This document shows positions 51,479 through 62,400 of a stretch of DNA of 64,000 nt, piece by piece. A program made the position numbers and the translations under genes. The stretch's first letter is position 1. The number at the start of each line of letters is the position of its first letter. This stretch comes from Dicyema japonicum (lineage: Eukaryota; Animalia; Dicyemida). The notes under the pieces were generated by a model that worked only from the letters and a program-made list of their open reading frames with translations, had not been told where the DNA came from and did not search any database. The DNA lies in contig RDEW01000013.1 of NCBI GenBank assembly GCA_011109175.1, forward strand, positions 413,476 through 477,475. The letters are read 5' to 3'.

Positions 51479-51800
51479 AGTGCATCCTCGTCTAGAATAC
51501 TCTCCACTACGTTCATTAGCTTTTTGCGATTGATAGTGTCGAAAGCACGGGATAAGTCAATTCCAAGCATTGAAATTTCTTCTTTGTGTTTCTGGCACAT
51601 TGCACACATTCACCTGTGGCTCCATACAACGTCTGCCGTAGACCTTCGGGGTCTGAATCCACTTTGACTTGGGTTCAGGAACTCATTTACAGAGCCTGAA
51701 ATTATAAGCTAATAAATTCGTGCGTCATGTGGATCGCCTTGTGGCGTCAGATACAAGTCAAAAGGAACCATTTGTCAACGACCATCCAGAGGAGTTCCCT
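51479..51800 (-). mobile_element. RTE-like RT fragment abutting the 28S breakpoint
   Basis: NEFLNPSQSGFRPRRSTADVVW, GIDLSRAFDTINR. Confidence 0.82.
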
Positions 51801-51879
51801 TTGGACGGCACTTCCTACACATCCGTGCACTTTTCCAGAGGAGACTCGTCATGTCAGGAAATGTTAAAATGAATCCGAG

Positions 51880-52860
51880 ACCAAAGGCTTTAAAGAGACT
51901 TAGCCTGAACATTAACAGAGTTAGAGGCAAGGCATCCGAACTGAGTTTATATTTGGAGAGGAATAAAATTGATATCGGTTTTCTACAAGAGACCAAGCTT
52001 TCTGGGAATTCCACTACTCCTAAATTTACCGGTTTTTAATGTATTGAGAGTCGACCGACAATCGGGCCGAGGTGGAGGGATTGTTGACCCTCGTCAAGAA
52101 ACATTAGAGACAACAGGTTCCTGTGCAAAAAATTTTTTTTATGAATTTGTCTGCCTTAGACTTGTTGGTGTCCGGAGATTTTAATGCCAAGCACCCTTCG
52201 TGGTATGAGAAACAACCTCCGGACACAGAGGGATTTCATATTATTTCCCAATTAGCACTTTGACTTGGGTTCAGGAACTCATTTGAATCTGTCCATTATG
52301 AACGACCCAATTAGGAATACACGAACCCCGTATAATAGCAAGGATTCGATTACATCAACGGATATTACGTTATGTTCACTACGGGTTGCTCCGGTTATAT
52401 GCTGCTCTGTAAACTATGACCATAATACCATTCTGATCAATTGTACACCAATGACGCGGTCAAAATACGTCATTTTTATGACAATATTAATACTGACTGG
52501 ATAGGATTCAGAAGTGGATTCGGCACGATTGAATTTCCATCCGAATAATTTCAACTCAATCCATCACTTCGATAAGGTGATTCTGGAAGGGAGAAAACTT
52601 TTTGTCAGAAAAGGAATTTTAAAGCTCACAAAGAATAAATATGATGCACAATCCAACTAATAAAAGAAAGGAATTGTCTCAAACGTAAAAAGCACATAGC
52701 AAGACATGATACTAACAGAATCCGTGCACTGAACATGAAGATCAACGAAAAGACAAAACTGGGCCGAATTTCTAGAGCTATGAAAAAAATAGTTCACTTA
52801 TCAAGATGTGGAGGATGCTGCGAAATGTCAAAAACGATGATTCTTGATCTTTAAATAAAA
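51880..52860 (+). mobile_element. Decayed I-group (Ingi/Vingi-like) LINE, APE region
   Basis: LNINRVRGKASEL..IDIGFLQETKL, DRQSGRGGG, DFNAKHPSW, DHNTI. Confidence 0.8.
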
Positions 52861-52879
52861 AATAATTGGTAGTTAAGTT

Positions 52880-53260
52880 AATCCGACCTCACTAACTTGT
52901 AAGAGGCTAGCAACCAGTAAGTAAGAGGCGGTTAATTCTGGTCGCTCGCATAGATTAGTCACTTTAGGCGTTAACATCGTATGAATTCAAATTTGTTGTT
53001 AACATAAAAAGTTTGCTAAATAACAGAGGACATTATCATTCAATTTAAACCCGAATGTTAGCAGAGAGGAGTGGTGTTCACAAGTAGATGAGCTAAATTT
53101 ACAAGAATGTCTTTTGATTGAGGATTCTGATTGGTCGATTGGGGAAGGATGTTGACGTAGTATTTTGTTATAATCGAGTCTCCGGACAATCCTTGTGAAA
53201 AGATAATCGTGTGTTTCAAATGACTTGAGCACAGGGTTGGGAGGAAGATAGAAACAGGTC
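52880..53260 (-). mobile_element. 3' end of an I-group LINE
   Basis: PSPIDQSESSIKR and LCERPELTASYL resemble the C-terminus of Ingi/Vingi-type ORFs. Confidence 0.5.
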
Positions 53261-53325
53261 AAAGGTTATCATATTTATTTTTCTTTTGTTTGTGGATTTA
53301 CAAAGAACATGACAGAGATTGTCTG

Positions 53326-54982
53326 GATTGTAAGTTTGGGAGAGGAATTGTAGAGCTCAAATTTCTAAGTGATCTGTAAGGGAATGATTTTTGTTTCTTA
53401 GTGGAAATGATCAATATGGGTTTATGGAAACTTTCGAATATTCATTTAATACTGAAACCTGGGAAACCAAGGGAGGAACCTGCTTCTTACAGGTTTTTGT
53501 AGCTTTTGTGCGTCCAGACTAGAATCCTAGAAATGATGGTTATGACACTCACACGACATTCCCTCCCGGATGCCATATTTCAGCATGGTTTTAAAGAGGG
53601 ACGATCAACTATCACACCCCTAAATACATTAAAGAAGTTCATAACAGATGACCTTAACAAAAGACCAGGACAGAAAATGACGATTGTATGCTTAATTGAT
53701 ATCCAGAAGGCTTTTGACTCGGTTTCGAGGAAGATTATCACGCACAAAATATATTCGTCGAATATTGACGCATACATGAAATTATGGTTGGGAAATTTCT
53801 TGAGTGGTCGACGAGGACGAGTACACTATGGCAATCGATGTTCCGTATCGAGACTATAAACAAATGGCGTTCCCTAGGGCTCCCCATTATCTCCCTTTTT
53901 GTTTAACGTTATGATGGACTTGCCACTCCCTCAGGGGGACGATAACATATTATTAACGTATGCGGATGATATAGTCATTGCTTCGGGGGATGTGAGTATC
54001 ATCGAAGCTACGAGAAGAGTACAGGACAATCTGAATGAATTAAGTTTATGGCTTTGGGAAAATCAATTGACTGCTAGCCCGGAGTCGGTGTTGACCCTAT
54101 TCCACGACAAACAGAAGACTAGGAAAAGTATTGAGGACGAATTGGTTGAAGTTTCAGTTTTGTTCGTCTGTTCCTCCTCTTTCTTCCTATTAGAGTGGCG
54201 TCATGTGATCCACCTGTCCAGGTGGCGCCCAGTGCCAGGCTGGCACAAAAAAGGATCATTTGCTCTCTCCCACTCCACTGGAGGGGTTTCCACAACTGCA
54301 ACTATGGACGTCTTTTACCTTTATGTTGATTCCGGATGGACTCTGTTTCTATAGAAGTGGAAACTGGATACACTAATTAGTTGTTTAATTCAACTTCTTT
54401 CTCTGTGTATCCGAGGTTAATAAATAATAAAATAATAATTCAATTGACGTCAAACTGGATGAGAAGAATATCCCGCAAAACAAATACCAGAAAATCCTGG
54501 GAGTCACTTTCTTAACCTTTACAAAACATATCGAAATTATGTTATTGACTTGTACGAGGAAAATCAACTTCCTGAAGGCGTTCTTGGGAAACCTAAGAGA
54601 CAAAAAAGATCTGAGTAATCTGGATGTCATATATAAACAGTTCATCGAGGCTACAATAGAATACGATGTAATATATGGGGATCTAACCATTCTGCAACAA
54701 ATTTAAACAAGATATGCAACACTCAAGTGAAGGCAGCAAACCTACTAAGGAAATATTCCCATGTGGAAATCCTGCCTAGAAACCTAGAAAATGTGATAGA
54801 GGCAACTGGAACAGTGCCCCTGGGAAGGACTCGAGTATGCGGACCCCGTCCATATCGGAAATGCGCAGGAACGCAGTCGGAACACCGAGAAAAGATGCGA
54901 AGACTGTTGAGGGAGGCTGGGATCACCTGAATTTTGTTTATCTAAGATATGACGGTGGTCTTTTGGTTCAATAATAATAATT
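53326..54982 (+). mobile_element. Second copy of the LINE at 6337-7670, interrupted by repeat family 2
   Basis: Near-identical sequence from attgtctggattgtaag to ggttcaataataataat; DIQKAFDSVSR, YADD. Confidence 0.9.
54132..54440 (+). repeat. Inserted 309-bp structured repeat (family 2), AATAAA / (AAT)n tail
   Basis: Absent from the 6337-7670 copy, where the empty site reads aagtat^caattg; homologous to the rc of 35765-36010. Confidence 0.87.
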
Positions 54983-55068
54983 TCCATTAAAATATTGTTA
55001 GCTTCTGTGAAAATTGATTTCATTTTATAGATTATTAAAAATTAAATCAAGTCCAAAAAATAGAATTA

Positions 55069-55596
55069 TTATTTCTTGCACAATTTCACAATTAAAGCTA
55101 CCAAAGTAGCTGCAGCTCCACCGAGAATTAGTCCACCAAACACATAAGCTAAAGTAACCACAATGCTAACACTTCAACTTCCGTGCACGGACTTCCTTCA
55201 GCAATTCCAATGCCTGCTCGCTAGAAGGGTTAATTCTGAGAATCTGGTTAAGGCAATCAATAGAAAGGTCAAACAACTAAAAATAACAGCCAAAGCATAC
55301 ATCACACTTTGCATAGGCCACGGAAATATAAAATAGGCAATCTCTAGCAAATTCTGGATTATTAAATCTGACCAAATTATATAAACCTATTTTTGTTAAA
55401 ACTTAGTACTCAAAAGTTGGTTGAGTCCACAACGGACAGTCTCTCTATCACTACTTCCTACAAGACCAACAAGAAGAGCAAAATGATTGTCTTCCGATGG
55501 CTCAAAATTGAAAGTTTCTTGTAGTCTCTTCCAATTAATTTATAAAATCACGTTTATATGCGCTTGATCCGTGAATATATCAAGATTATGGGCCAT
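55069..55596 (-). CDS. Putative small multi-exon membrane protein (one residual frameshift)
   Basis: ATG at 55596. Removing 24-nt and 23-nt GT-AG introns keeps the frame open. Hydrophobic segments MYALAVIFSCLTFLLIAL and IVVTLAYVFGGLILGGAAATLVALIVKL. Confidence 0.48.
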
Positions 55597-55781
55597 CACT
55601 AAAGTCAAAAGTGCTTAATTATTAAAAATTTAAATTTTTAAAAATAAGAATATTAAAATTTATTATAATTTATATTATAAGAATAGAGGTGAGGTTTTTT
55701 TCGAAAAAGGTGAGAAAATTCCCGGATAAAAACAATTGATTATTTCTGTTTAAAGCTAAATTAAGAGTTAATAACTAAATG

Positions 55782-56187
55782 AATGCAGCTGGCTAGCATA
55801 GTGGTTAGGTGTCGGGCTTAAGTGACTTAGGCTACGGGTTCGAATCTCGCTGCTGTTCACCTGGTAGAAGGTTCCACGCATCTACGATGCAGAAAGGGTT
55901 TGACGAGTGACGCCGTCATCAGTGGATACTCACTGCTGAACTTGATTGTTTAGAAAGGACACTCACACAATAAAAAGAAAAAAAGTAAAGATCATTCCTT
56001 GGTTCTACGATTAGTTAAAATTAACTGTTCTTTACTTAAAAAGACACTTACACAAGAAAAAAAAAGAAGTGAAGATCATTCCTTGGTTCTATAATTAGTT
56101 AAAATTAACTGTTCTTTACTTAAATAAAGTGTGTGTCCTGCCTATGCGGAGCTATAAATACTATGGCTCTCGTGAAAAGCTATAAAA
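55782..56187 (+). mobile_element. Full-length tRNA-derived SINE with internal tandem duplication
   Basis: A box TAGCATAGTGG, B box GGTTCGAATC; TSD aactaaatg (55773-55781 and 56188-56196); duplicated unit of about 83 nt. Confidence 0.92.
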
Positions 56188-56314
56188 AACTAAATGCATG
56201 TAGAAACCCTGATTTGTATGATATTTCCTATTAAAATTGCCAGCGAAAGTCGCTCGAATAGCCAGCGACACTCGCAGAGATTACAAAACATGCAGAAATT
56301 AATTTACAATTATT

Positions 56315-56530
56315 TTTATCACGTGTCTGTCGTGGTATGGTAAAAAAAACTGCTCAGTGGAAATACAAGAAGACATGGATTCTAATAAAATCACACCAGC
56401 AAGGTCATCTAACAAGTGTTCATTTTGTTGTGATTTTCTTGGATCCAATTTCAATACTCGAAAACGTGGTATCCCATTTTCTGTATGTGCAGATTTCTTC
56501 AACCTCTGGTGTTAGTCCATACGTTTAGGG
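56315..56530 (+). mobile_element. Decayed 5' end (PHD region) of a third PHD-CRE copy
   Basis: Frame starting at 56417: CSFC..TRKRGIPFSVCADFFNLWC*, versus copy B TRKRGISCSACEDFFHLGC. Upstream tatcacgtgt is shared with copy C. Confidence 0.68.
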
Positions 56531-56599
56531 ATAAGGCTGTCATCTGAAGATGAGAACATCCTTTTCAAATTCGATCATTGTAGCACATTTAACCCTGTC

Positions 56600-57250
56600 A
56601 GACGCTTAACTTTTCAAAAAAACAACGAAAATTTATCTTTTTGCCTATATTCGAGTCCTTCCCCTTGTTTTTGGAAATTAAACCGTTCCTTCCGAGATAG
56701 GCGATACTGTTGGTACCCTTCTTTTTATTTGGCGGTCGCAAGATATTTCTATTTCCCGAAAAAGAGCCTCTAAAATCACGGAACGCTGGATTTCTGGAGA
56801 GTTCCAGCCACCAATGCCTTTTGAAGCCATGATACGAATGAACCATGGAACGACTGCGAAGATCCAGTCATTCGGCCGATACGTGCTTGTGTGGGGTCGA
56901 GGGAGGAGCATCGGGCCAAGATAAGGTCCCTGCTAGAGCGTGCTGGATCACGTGATTAGTAAGTTTGTGTAAGGATCGAAGCATTATCAAAAGATGCTCC
57001 TCTGGACCACTGAGCACCCTGATCATGAGGTTGTGTTGGTAATTCTTTGATCACATTCTAAGAATAGAGCGAGAATTCTTTGAAATAGCTGGAGATAAGT
57101 TCAGAGGTCGTCAGAGCATAACGTCTAGAAGTCCTTAATGGAGATTTGAGTAAGTAGAGTACTAATGGACAGTGGAGACCTCAGTAGTCTGCCTAGTCTT
57201 CCATCGAATAGAAGGGGATGGGAGAAGACTAAGTTATATGACTGGTTCCG
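56600..57250 (-). mobile_element. Possible highly decayed CRE-like 3' region
   Basis: GC-richer island with weak resemblance to the post-RT region of CRE copies. Confidence 0.3.
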
Positions 57251-57869
57251 AAAGGCATACAAATTCTTTGAAAAATGAATAAAAAATATTTGATGTAACA
57301 TTTAACTCACTCATGCCCTTCGAATTGAGTTATGTGTTGTCCATTTGGTGAACAATTTCATGTTTGGAAAATACAGTTCTTTCTGATAGTTCTATATATG
57401 CATTAAAGTTGGTCCAACAAAAACACATTTGAGGTGGTTTCTGAGAGATTAAATATAAGGATAACTACTATTTATTACTAAAAAGATATGGCCACTTGGT
57501 GATCCCGATTGTTTCAATAGTCTCCTTGTTAGGTATCCTTTTCAGGATTCCATGGAGTCTCTCTATATTCGTGTTACAGCGTGGTGGTTGACCATATCAT
57601 AGAGCAGGAATAGTTGTGAGTTTTGATAGATTGAATATTCTTAGGTTCGTTTTATTGCAGTTTTTGTGTCATGGTGATTGGATGTAAATGACATAATAAA
57701 AATGTACTTTAGAGACGATGCAATTTTTATAGCATTAATAGGAATTATGTCGACGCCATGATAGTTTGCGTGCATTCGATTTATACTAAAAGTACAGATA
57801 AATCAATTTTATATCAAGTTTTGACCTTTAAATCGTATTTTGATTAAATAATCGCACATTTCTTACTGA

Positions 57870-58241
57870 ATGGTCTTTTGCAGTCGTCCCAGATATTGCC
57901 ACCATAGAAATCACCACAGTTACTTATTCTTTAGTATTAAAGATTATTATAACAATTTTCACCACCAATGTGATATTCGTCCTATATGCCGCCACCGAGG
58001 ATATCCTCAACCTCAAAAAAGTGGGTGGAGTAAATCTGGTGACTTTTTAATAATTTAATCAGATTTTATGGAAATGATGATGATGCAGAACTCACAAATG
58101 CACCAGATGATGATGCAACAGATTATGATGGCTGCTCTCCCTTCTAATAATAATCACCCCCATTCGCATCACTGTTGTGGAATGAAAGCATGTGAACGAG
58201 TTATTCATCATCCTTATAAAGATTTTCATTATTTTCATTAA
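57870..58241 (+). CDS. Putative small His/Met/Gln/Cys-rich protein
   Basis: Removing the 24-nt GT-AG intron at 58039-58062 joins MVFCSRPRYCHHRNHH.. in frame to DFMEMMMMQNSQMHQMMMQQIMM..HPHSHHCCGMKAC..HYFH*. Confidence 0.6.
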
Positions 58242-59432
58242 TATTATTAATTTTTATATTTTCCCATAATTTCTATACACTAAAAGCCGTGAGACCCGGT
58301 GGCTTCTCCAGTTGACCTCTGTTGCAATCGTGAGAGGCAACGCAACGTTGATAATGTTGGCGAGTCCACGTTGGATGGCTGTGTTAATTACATTATTGAT
58401 TGCATTTCATCTTTATACTAAAAATTAAAATCATACTGATTAATGCTGATTCATCAATTATATGGTTACTTTCTATCCAATTTAAGAAATTTAATGAGGG
58501 GAGATAGATGCTCTTCGTCATCGACAAATAAATAACAAATAAAAGTTCCTTTCAAGCACTCACCAGCAATTGGTGAAATTAAGTCCCTCAGAGGACACAA
58601 TCCAAATAAAATCCTCACCTAAAATGATAAATCAGTTAAATAAAAAACCAGACCCTAATTATTATTAACAACATCTATTAACTATCATCCGTAAAGCTTC
58701 TGATAATCCTTTAAATTTGTTCAATTTTAAGGAGAATGAGATTTCTTATTTCCTTTTTTAGAATTTCGGGTTTACGATCTCTCAGAGTCACCTCACAAAA
58801 AAACTTAAAGTTTACATCCATCATGAAACGAAGTAGACATTATGTATGTCACCAAGTATCCGATTAATTAACAACGGAGAAAACTAAAAAATATTCTGCT
58901 CTTAGAGAATATTTTAGTGTCATCCCTCATTAAAACGTCTAGAGTGGTCGAGAGAATCAGTTAAATAATTGTCAACAAAATAGGGAATACAATTACGGAG
59001 AGACTCATAGACCTAGAGACCGGAGATGGTTATCACAACGTAATATGTTTAAGAGTAAGTCTAAGTATTCCTGGATATCCAACGTAACAAGTCCAAAGAT
59101 GACAGCCAGTTGTTATAACCTGTTGGTAATAAACTAACATAAAATGCCAAATGCTTAGTGGTGAACCGATCTGTTTTGAAGTCATGTTAGGACCTGCCGG
59201 ATGACAGGTTTAGAAGGATTTTCCACAAGAAAAGTTTTTTCATGAGGCGTGAGAGACAACACATAGGACAGAAGGAAACTGACTACCTTCTTCTAAACAA
59301 AATGTCCTCTAATTAATTTTTCAAGTTTTAGACAAGTTCATCAAAACATAATATTTTACAATGTGATTGACATCTTTAGGTAAAAGTCATCTTTTTTTTA
59401 AATCTTATAAAAATTGATTTAAACGAGTCATG

Positions 59433-62400
59433 TAATAAATAATGTGGATAAGTGTAACATTTTTCCTAATAAATAAATAATGTGGGTAAGTGGAGCATTT
59501 TTCCTAATAAATAAATAATGTGGGTAAGTGGAACATTTTTCCTAATAAATAAATAATGTGGGTAAGTGGAACATTTTTCCTAATAAATAAATAATGTGAA
59601 TAAGTGGAACATTTTTCCTAATAAATAAATAATGTGAATAAGTGTAACATTTTTCCTAATAAATAAATAATGTGAATAAGTGTAACATTTTTCCTAATAA
59701 ATAAATAATGTGATAAGTGTAACATTTTTCCTAATAAATAAATAATGTGAATAAGTGGAACATTTTTCCTAATAAATAAATAATGTGAATAAGTGGAACA
59801 TTTTTCCTAATAAATAAATAATGTGAATAAGTGGAACATTTTTCCTAATAAATAAATAATGTGAATAAGTGGAACATTTTTCCTAATAAATAAATAATGA
59901 ATAAGTGGAACATTTTTCCTAATAAATAAATAATGTGAATAAGTGGAACATTTTTCCTAATAAATAAATAATGTGAATAAGTGGAGCATTTTTCCTAATA
60001 AATAAATAATGTGAATAAGTGGAACATTTTTCCTAATAAATAAATAATGTGAATAAGTGGAACATTTTTCCTAATAAATAAATAATGTGAATAAGTGGAA
60101 CATTTTTCCTAATAAATAAATAATGTGAATAAGTGGAACATTTTTCCTAATAAATAAATAATGTGAATAAGTGGAACATTTTTCCTAATAAATAAATAAT
60201 GTGAATAAGTGGAACATTTTTCCTAATAAATAAATAATGTGAATAAGTGGAACATTTTCCTAATAAATAAATAATGTGAATAAGTGGAACATTTTTCCTA
60301 ATAAATAAATAATGTGAATAAGTGGAACATTTTTCCTAATAAATAAATAATGTGAATAAGTGGAACATTTTTCCTAATAAATAAATAATGTGAATAAGTG
60401 GAACATTTTTCCTAATAAATAAATAATGTGAATAAGTGGAACATTTTTCCTAATAAATAAATAATGTGAATAAGTGGAACATTTTTCCTAATAAATAAAT
60501 AATGTGAATAAGTGGAACATTTTTCCTAATAAATAAATAATGTGAATAAGTGGAACATTTTTCCTAATAAATAAATAATGTGAATAAGTGGAACATTTTT
60601 CCTAATAAATAAATAATGTGAATAAGTGGATACATTTTTCCTAATAAATAAATAATGTGAATAAGTGGAACATTTTTCCTAATAAATAAATAATGTGAAT
60701 AAGTGGAACATTTTTCCTAATAAATAAATAATGTGAATAAGTGGAACATTTTTCCTAATAAATAAATAATGTGAATAAGTGGAACATTTTTCTAATAAAT
60801 AAATAATGTGAATAAGTGGAACATTTTCCTAATAAATAAATAATGTGAATAAGTGGAAATTTTTCCTAATAAATAAATAATGTGAATAAGTGGAACATTT
60901 TTCCTAATAAATAAATAATGTGAATAAGTGGAACATTTTTCCTAATAAATAAATAATGTGAATAAGTGGAACATTTTTCCTAATAAATAAATAATGTGAA
61001 TAAGTGGAACATTTTTCCTAATAAATAAATAATGTGAATAAGTGGAACATTTTTCCTAATAAATAAATAATGTGAATAAGTGGAACATTTTTCCTAATAA
61101 ATAAATAATGTGAATAAGTGGAACATTTTTCCTAATAAATAAATAATGTGAATAAGTGGACATTTTTCCTAATAAATAAATAATGTGAATAAGTGGAACA
61201 TTTTTCCTAATAATAAATAATGTGAATAAGTGGAACATTTTTCCTAATAAATAAATAATGTGAATAAGTGGAACATTTTTCCTAATAAATAAATAATGTG
61301 AATAAGTGGAACATTTTTCCTAATAAATAAATAATGTGAATAAGTGGAACATTTTTCCTAATAAATAAATAATGTGAATAAGTGGAACATTTTTCCTAAT
61401 AAATAAATAATGTGAATAAGTGGAACATTTTTCCTAATAAATAAATAATGTGAATAAGTGGAGCATTTTTCCTAATAAATAAATAATGTGAATAAGTGGA
61501 ACATTTTTCCTAATAAATAAATAATGTGAATAAGTGGAATTTTTCCTAATAAATAAATAATGTGAATAAGTGGAACATTTTTCCTAATAAATAAATAATG
61601 TGAATAAGTGGAACATTTTTCCTAATAAATAAATAATGTGAATAAGTGGAACATTTTTCCTAATAAATAAATAATGTGAATAAGTGGAACATTTTTCCTA
61701 ATAAATAAATAATGTGAATAAGTGGAGCATTTTTCCTAATAAATAAATAATGTGAATAAGTGGAACATTTTTCCTAATAAATAAATAATGTGAATAAGTG
61801 GAGCATTTTTCCTAATAAATAAATAATGTGAATAAGTGGAGCATTTTTCCTAATAAATAAATAATGTGAATAAGTGGAACATTTTTCCTAATAAATAAAT
61901 AATGTGAATAAGTGGAACATTTTTCCTAATAAATAAATAATGTGAATAAGTGGAACATTTTTCCTAATAAATAAATAATGTGAATAAGTGGAGCATTTTT
62001 CCTAATAAATAAATAATGTGAATAAGTGGAATTTTTCCTAATAAATAAATAATGTGAATAAGTGGAACATTTTTCCTAATAAATAAATAATGTGAATAAG
62101 TGGAACATTTTTCCTAATAAATAAATAATGTGAATAAGTGGAACATTTTTCCTAATAAATAAATAATGTGAATAAGTGGAACATTTTTCCTAATAAATAA
62201 ATAATGTGAATAAGTGGAGCATTTTTCCTAATAAATAAATAATGTGAATAAGTGGAACATTTTTCCTAATAAATAAATAATGTGAATAAGTGTAACATTT
62301 TTCCTAATAAATAAATAATGTGAATAAGTGGAGCATTTTTCCTAATAAATAAATAATGTGAATAAGTGTAACATTTTTCCTAATAAATAAATAATGTGAA

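Noticed and set aside
51465-51485. R2-like site-specific insertion into 28S (breakpoint follows TTAAGGT)
   Set aside because: This is not the R2 target region of 28S, and the adjoining sequence is the middle of an RTE-like RT rather than an element end; it looks like a rearrangement junction.
55788-55860. Functional tRNA gene
   Set aside because: A and B boxes are present, but the cloverleaf is poor and the sequence continues into a SINE body with tail and TSD.
58260-59300. Possible minus-strand multi-exon gene next to the satellite
   Set aside because: Some open stretches and intron-like AT segments exist, but no complete model or recognisable domain.
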